Below are positions 57,937-64,000 of a stretch of DNA of 64,000 nt, in pieces. The position numbers and the translations under genes are program-made. Origin of the DNA: the human T2T-CHM13v2.0 reference genome, Homo sapiens; assembly GCF_009914755.1 (NCBI RefSeq), contig NC_060930.1; one strand, written 5' to 3'. The notes under the pieces were generated by a model. That model made no database searches. It was not told the origin of the DNA and saw nothing but the letters and a program-made list of their open reading frames with translations. Within the stretch, counting starts at the first letter, position 1. Every line of letters starts with the position of its first letter.

Positions 57937-58894
57937 TCATCTAGACTTTATCTTATCTATTGCTTTCATGATTTTTCATGTTTTCTTGTTCTTATTTCCT
58001 TTCCACTTTAAAAAATATTCAACAGAACTTTAAAGGAAGATGTGTTTTCATTTTTCTCTTTTAACATAGAATACATATTAATTTTAAGTCATCTGTAAAG
58101 ACTGTTTCATAAAAGTAATTTCATCTGAAGTAAATTCCTGAACTGCTTGGTGATTTAAAAATATATTAGCTTTAGACATTTTGAAATAGTAGTTTCTAGA
58201 GTTATTTCAAGTGGGCAGTGTTTTCAAGTGTTTGCTTTTTTTTCCTTCTATTTTTATTTCTCTTGTTCTATCTTACTCTCTGCAGACACTTCTCCGGCTG
58301 TGAGTTTTCTGTTGCATCCCTGGAGTTTGCCAGACCTCTTGTCCAGAATTAGGTTCTATAAGAGCATCTGAGATCCTGCACCATTATAGTGGGATCATGA
58401 CAATAATATTTTCAAACAAATGAGCAACTTGCCTCAGTTCTTGAATCTGTGCTTTCTTATTTCTTTGGGACTGCATCCTTCTACAAACCACTGAAAATTC
58501 TTTCAAGTGACACTCTTGGTCTTGGGTTTAAAGAGAAAAACTTTGACTCTGGTTTTCTAGTTCCCCAATCTCCCACCCACTCAATCACTTTTGCTCTTTT
58601 CTATCTCTCAGGAGCCAACACCTAGGCCCAACTCGCTACTCTTGGTTGAGGGGCCTAACTGGATTCTGCCTTCTCTTCAGCTTATCATTTTAGGCTTTTG
58701 TTCTTTTATGGACATTGAAGATATTTTGAGCCTAGTTTTACTATATCTATAATTACTATCAGAACAACAACAACAAAATATTAAACCATAGTGTGAATGT
58801 ATAGATCTATTTTGATAAGAAGCCTTCCATTTTTCCATCTCAAATGTTTTATTAGGAAAGCAAAACTGCAACTTTATCAGACTAACATTTTGTA

Positions 58895-61800
58895 TATATT
58901 AATTACAATAGTTTTGAGGGTACAGGGGATTTTTAATATAAACAACACATAATTATTTTTGGTTACATGTATAAGTTCTTTAGTGGTGATTTCTGAGATT
59001 TTGGTGCAGCAGTGTACACTATACCCAATATGTAGTCTTTTATCCCTCACCCACCTCCCAGTTTTTTCCCTGGGAGAAATCCATTATATTATTCTCCAAC
59101 CTTTGCGTCCTCATAACTTAGCTCCCAAATATAAGTGGAAACATATGACATTTGGTTTCCCGTTCCTGAGTTACTTCACTTACAATAATGGCCTCCAGCT
59201 CCATTCAAGTTGGTGCAAAGGCCATTATTTCATTCCTTTTTATGACTGAGTAGTATTCCACGGCGTATATATACCACATTTTCTTTATCCACTCATTGGT
59301 TGATGGGTATATAGGATGGTTCCATATTTTTGCAATTGTGAATTGTGCTGCCATAAACATGCAAGTGCATGTGTCTTTTTCATATAATGACTTCTTTTCC
59401 TTTGGGTAGATAACCAGTAGTGGGAATGCTGAGTTGAATGGTAGTTCTACTTTTAGTTCTTTAAGACATCTCCATACTGTTTTCCATAGTGGTTGTACAG
59501 TTTACATCCCAGACAGCAGTGTAAAAGTGTTCTCTTTTACCACATTCATGCCAACCTCTATTATTTTATTTTTTAATCATGGCCATTTTTGCAGGAGTAA
59601 GGTGGTATCTCATTGTGGTTTTAATTTGCATCTCCCTAATAATTAGTGATGCTGAGCATTTTTTCATATGTTGTTGGCTGTTTGTATATCTTCTTTGGAG
59701 AATTATTTATTCATGTCCTTTGCCCACTTTTTGATGGGATTATTTGTTTTTTTCTTGCTAATTAGATTGAGTTCCTTGTAGATTTTGGATATTAGTCCTT
59801 TGTTGGATGTATACTTTGTAATTATTTTACCCCACTCTGTGGCTTGTCTGTTTATTCTGCTGATTATTTCTTTTGCTGTGCAGAAGCTTTTTAGTTTAAT
59901 TAGGTCCCATTTATTTACTTTTGTTTTTGTTGCATTTGCTTTTAGGGTCTTAGTCATGAATTCCTTGCTTAAGCCAATGTCTAGAAAAGTTTTTCTAACG
60001 TTATCTTCTAGAATTTTTATGGTTTCAGGTCTTAGATTTAAGTCTTTGATCCATCTTGAGTTGATTTTTGTATAAGGTGAGAGATGAGGATCCAGTTTCA
60101 CTCTTCTACAAGTGGCTTGCCAATTTTCCCAGCACCATTTATTGAATAGGGTGTCCTTTCCCCACTTTATTTGGCTTTATTTCTGAGTTCTCTACTCTGT
60201 TCCTTTGGTCTGCATGCCTATTTTTATACCAGAATCATGCTGTTTTGGTAACTATAGCCTTGTTCTATAATTTGAAGTTAGATAATGTGATGCCTCCAGC
60301 AATACTTTTTGCTTAGTATTGCTTTTGCTATGCAGGCTCTTTTTTGGTTCCATATATATTTTAGGGTTGTTTTTTTCTAGTTCCGTGAAGAATGATGATG
60401 GTATTTTGATGGGGATTGCATTGGACAGTATAGCCATTTTTACAATATTGATTCAATAAATCACTCTGGACAATATAGCCATTTTTACAATATTGATTCT
60501 ACCCATCCATGAGCATAGGACATATTTCCATTTGTTTACGTCATCTGTGATTTCTTTCGGCAGTGTTTTGTAGTTTTCCTTGTAGAAACCTCTCTCCTTC
60601 GTTAAGTGTGTTTCTAAGTATTTTATGTTTTTTTGCAGATGTTATAAAAAGAGTTGAGTTCTTGTTTCGATTCTCAGCTTGGTCATTGTTGGTGTATAGC
60701 AGTGCTATTGATTTGTGTGCATTGATTTTGTATCCTAAGAGCTTACTGAATTTATTTCTTAGATCTAGGAGGTTTTGGATGAGTCTTTAGGTTTTCTAGG
60801 TATATAATCATATCATCAGTGAACAGTGACAGTTTGACTTCCTTGATTTCTTTCTCTTGTCTGATTGCTCTGGCTAGGGCTCACAGTACTATGTTGAATT
60901 GAAATGATGAAAGTGGGCATCCTTGTCTTGTTCTAGTTCTCAGGGGGAATGCTTTCAGCTTTCTCATTCAGTCTGATGTTGGCTGTGGGTTTGTCAGAGA
61001 TGGCTTTTATTACTTTGAGGTATGCCCTTTCTATGCCAATTTTGTTGAGTGTTTTTATCATGAAGGGATGTTGAATTTTATCGAATGCTTTTTCTGCCTC
61101 TACTGAGATGATCATATGATTTTTGTTTTAAATTTCATTTATATGATGAGTCACATTTATTGACTTGTGTGTGTTAAACCATCCCTGCATCACTGGTATG
61201 AAACCCAATTGATCATGATGTATTATCTTTTTTATATGCTATTAGACTCAGTTAGCTAGCATTTTGTTAAGGATTTTTGCATCTATATTCATCAGGGTTA
61301 CTGGTCTGTAGTTTTCTCTTTTTTTTTTTATGTCTTTTCCTGGTTTTGATATTAGGGTGGTGATATTGGCTTCATAGAGTGATTTAGGGAGCATTCCCTC
61401 TTTCTCTATCTTTTGAAATAGTTTCAGTAGGATTGGTACCAATTCCTCTTTGAATGAGCATCTGATAGAATTGAGCTGTGAATCCATCTGATCCTGGACT
61501 TCTTTTGGTTGGCAATTTTTTTATTACTGTTTCAGTCACACTACTTGTTATTGATGTGTTCAGAGTTTCTATTTCTTCCTGATTTAATCTAGGAGAATTG
61601 TACATTTCCAGAAATGTATCCATCTTCTCTATATTTTCTAGTTTGTGTGCATAAAGGTGTTCATTGTAGTCTTGGATGATCTTTTGTATTTCTGTGATAT
61701 TGATTATAATATCACCTGTTTCATTTCTAATTGAGCTTATTTGGATCTTCTCTCTTCTTATCTTGGTTAATCTTGCTAATGGTATCTCAATTTTGTTTAT

Positions 61801-63205
61801 CTTGTCAGAGAAGAAGCTTTTTGTTTTATTTATCTTTTTGTATTTTTTGTTTGTTTCAATGCATTTAGTTCTGTTCTGATCTTATTTCTTTTCTTCTGCT
61901 CGGTTTGGGTTTTATTCTTGTTTCTCTAGTTTCTTGAGGTGTGGTATTACGTTGCCTATTTGTGCTCTTTCAGGCTTTTTTTATGTAGGGATTTAATGTT
62001 ATGAACTTTTCTCTTAGCACCACTTTTGCTTTATCCCAGAGGTTTTGATAAGTTGTGTGTCACCATTATTGTCCATTTCAAAGAATTTTTTAATGTCCAT
62101 ATTGACTTCATTGTGAACTCAAAGATAATTTAAGAGCAGATTATTTATTTCATTCCCATGTATTTGTAAAGTTTTTGGGGCTCATTTTTGTGTTGATTTT
62201 TAGTTTTATTCCTCTGTGGTCTGAGAAGATACTTGATATGATGTCAATTTTCATAAATATACTGAGACTTGTTTGGTTGCCTATCATATGGTCTATCTTG
62301 GAGAATGTTCCATGTGCTGATGAGAAGAATGTATATTCTGCATTCATTGGGAAGAATGTTCCATAAATATCTGTTAAGTCCATTTGTTCTAGGGTATAGT
62401 TTAAGTCCATTGTTTCTCTGTTGACTTTCTGTCCTGATGATCTGTCCAGCACTGTCAGTGGAGTATTTAAATCCCCCACTGTTATTATGTGACTATCTCA
62501 TTACTTAGGTCTAGTAGTAACTGTTTTGTAAATTTGGGAGCTTCAGTGTTAGGTTCATATATATTTAGAAGTGTAATATATTTTTGTAAGGCTAATCTTT
62601 TTATCATTATATAATGGCCTTCATTGTCTATTTTTACTGTTGTGGCTTTAACATCTGTTTTGTCTGATATAAGAATAGCTGTTCCTGCTTACTTTTGGTT
62701 TCCATTTGCATGGAATATCTTTTTACACCCCTTTACCTTAAGTTTATGTGAGTCCTTATGTGTTAGGTGTGTCTCTAAAGGACAGCAGATACTTGGTTGG
62801 TGGTTTTTTTTTTTTTTTAATCTATTCTGCCATTCTGTATCTTTTAAGTGGAGCATTTAGGCCATTTACTTTCAACATTAGTATTGAGATATGAGATACT
62901 GTTCTATTCATCACATTAGTTGTTGCTTAAATATCTTGTTCTATTGTTTTCATTGTGTTATTGTTAATTAAGCCCTGTGAGATTTATGCTTTAAGGAAGT
63001 TGTATTTTGGTGTATATTGAGGTTTTGTTTCAAGATTTAGGACTTCTTTTAGCATATCTTGTAGTGCTTGTTGGGTAGTGGCCATTCTCTCAGCATGTGT
63101 TTGTGTGTAAATGACTATCTCTCCTTCATTTATGAAGCTTCATTTTGCTGGATATGAAATTCTTGACCAACAATTATTTTATTTAAGGACCCCAGTCCCT
63201 TCTGA
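58895..63205 (-). mobile_element. 5'-truncated L1PB-like element (end of ORF1, ORF2, 3'UTR), disrupted
   Basis: 3'UTR GGTTACATGTATAAGTTCTTTAGTGGTGATTTCTGAGATTTTGGTGC; ORF2 peptides at 59703-60101, 60933-61115, 61248-61623, 62150-62479. Confidence 0.92.
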
Positions 63206-64000
63206 TCTAGTATGTTTTTAGTGCTTCTTTACTGAATGTCACTAAATGAATACGGACATTATCACTAGTAGTACCTAATTCAGAATTGCCATTTTTTGGT
63301 CTGTGAGGATACATTTAAATACAAAAAAAATTCTTCCAGACACTGAAATTTAGGTGAAATACAGCTTGGCTTCAAATTCTGTTTTATTGGTCCTTCTGCA
63401 CTTTCAGTAACTAAGATAATACAATATAAAAAGACATGGCATCATAGAAATTCAATAAGTGAAATTCTTCTTAGTCATATCAGAAAAGAAGCAAGATACC
63501 CCTTTTTATGGTGAAGTTTGCTTTCTATTATTAGTAATTTTTCCTTGCTACCCTAGATTATCATTACTTTTTCTACATTTTTCTGCCTGTTTTCATACCA
63601 ACTATATAAAGTTTGTGGTGCCTATAAAAACTTAAAGATATTTCAAGTCAGGCTTGACAGCTAGATTTATTTTTGAGAATGAGTAATATTACTACTAAAA
63701 TAGTATTTTTCATTTTAAATATTAATAGAACAAAAGGATGATATGTTCACTATGTTTTATGAATGAATATAGGTTCTCTTGTTTTATACTGAGGCAATTA
63801 ATTTGGGTTTAGCATACTCTGAATAGTGACTAAATACTTAGACAATTGATTTTGGAAATACATTAACATGTTTAGACTATAAAAATATATTTAATATTCT
63901 CAAATAAACTTATTTATTTGGAAAACATTCTCAAATTTATTGGGAAGAAATAATGCATTTAAAAAGATAATATTCTACCTATTTGCTTTTAAGATAAAAT

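Overview
AT-rich, repeat-dense primate genomic DNA. A full-length SVA retrotransposon marks it as hominid, probably human, and it is intergenic or deep-intronic. I cannot support any host protein-coding gene, RNA gene or CRISPR array: every long ORF is a disrupted LINE-1 ORF1/ORF2 remnant or a spurious SVA, Alu or LTR frame. Contents: one SVA, a full-length L1PA7-like element carrying two Alus, a 5'-truncated L1PA3-like element splitting a MER53 MITE, two 5'-inverted (twin-primed) L1s, an L1PB-like element, about ten Alus, several MaLR/ERVL/ERV1 solo LTRs, and hAT, Tigger, L2, L3 and MIR relics. The best signals are rearrangement scars rather than a new gene system. (i) A 373-bp tract is 98.7% identical, private mutations included, between two oppositely oriented L1s of different subfamilies about 4.3 kb apart, indicating gene conversion and a possible inversion substrate. 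(ii) Several local duplications have fold-back or templated junctions (23.7, 45.1, 52.2, 60.4 kb). (iii) A miR-1302-like MER53 hairpin is cut by an L1. (iv) There is a weakly supported chain of minus-strand exon candidates downstream of an L1 antisense donor. Subfamily names come from recalled consensus features, not from a database search.
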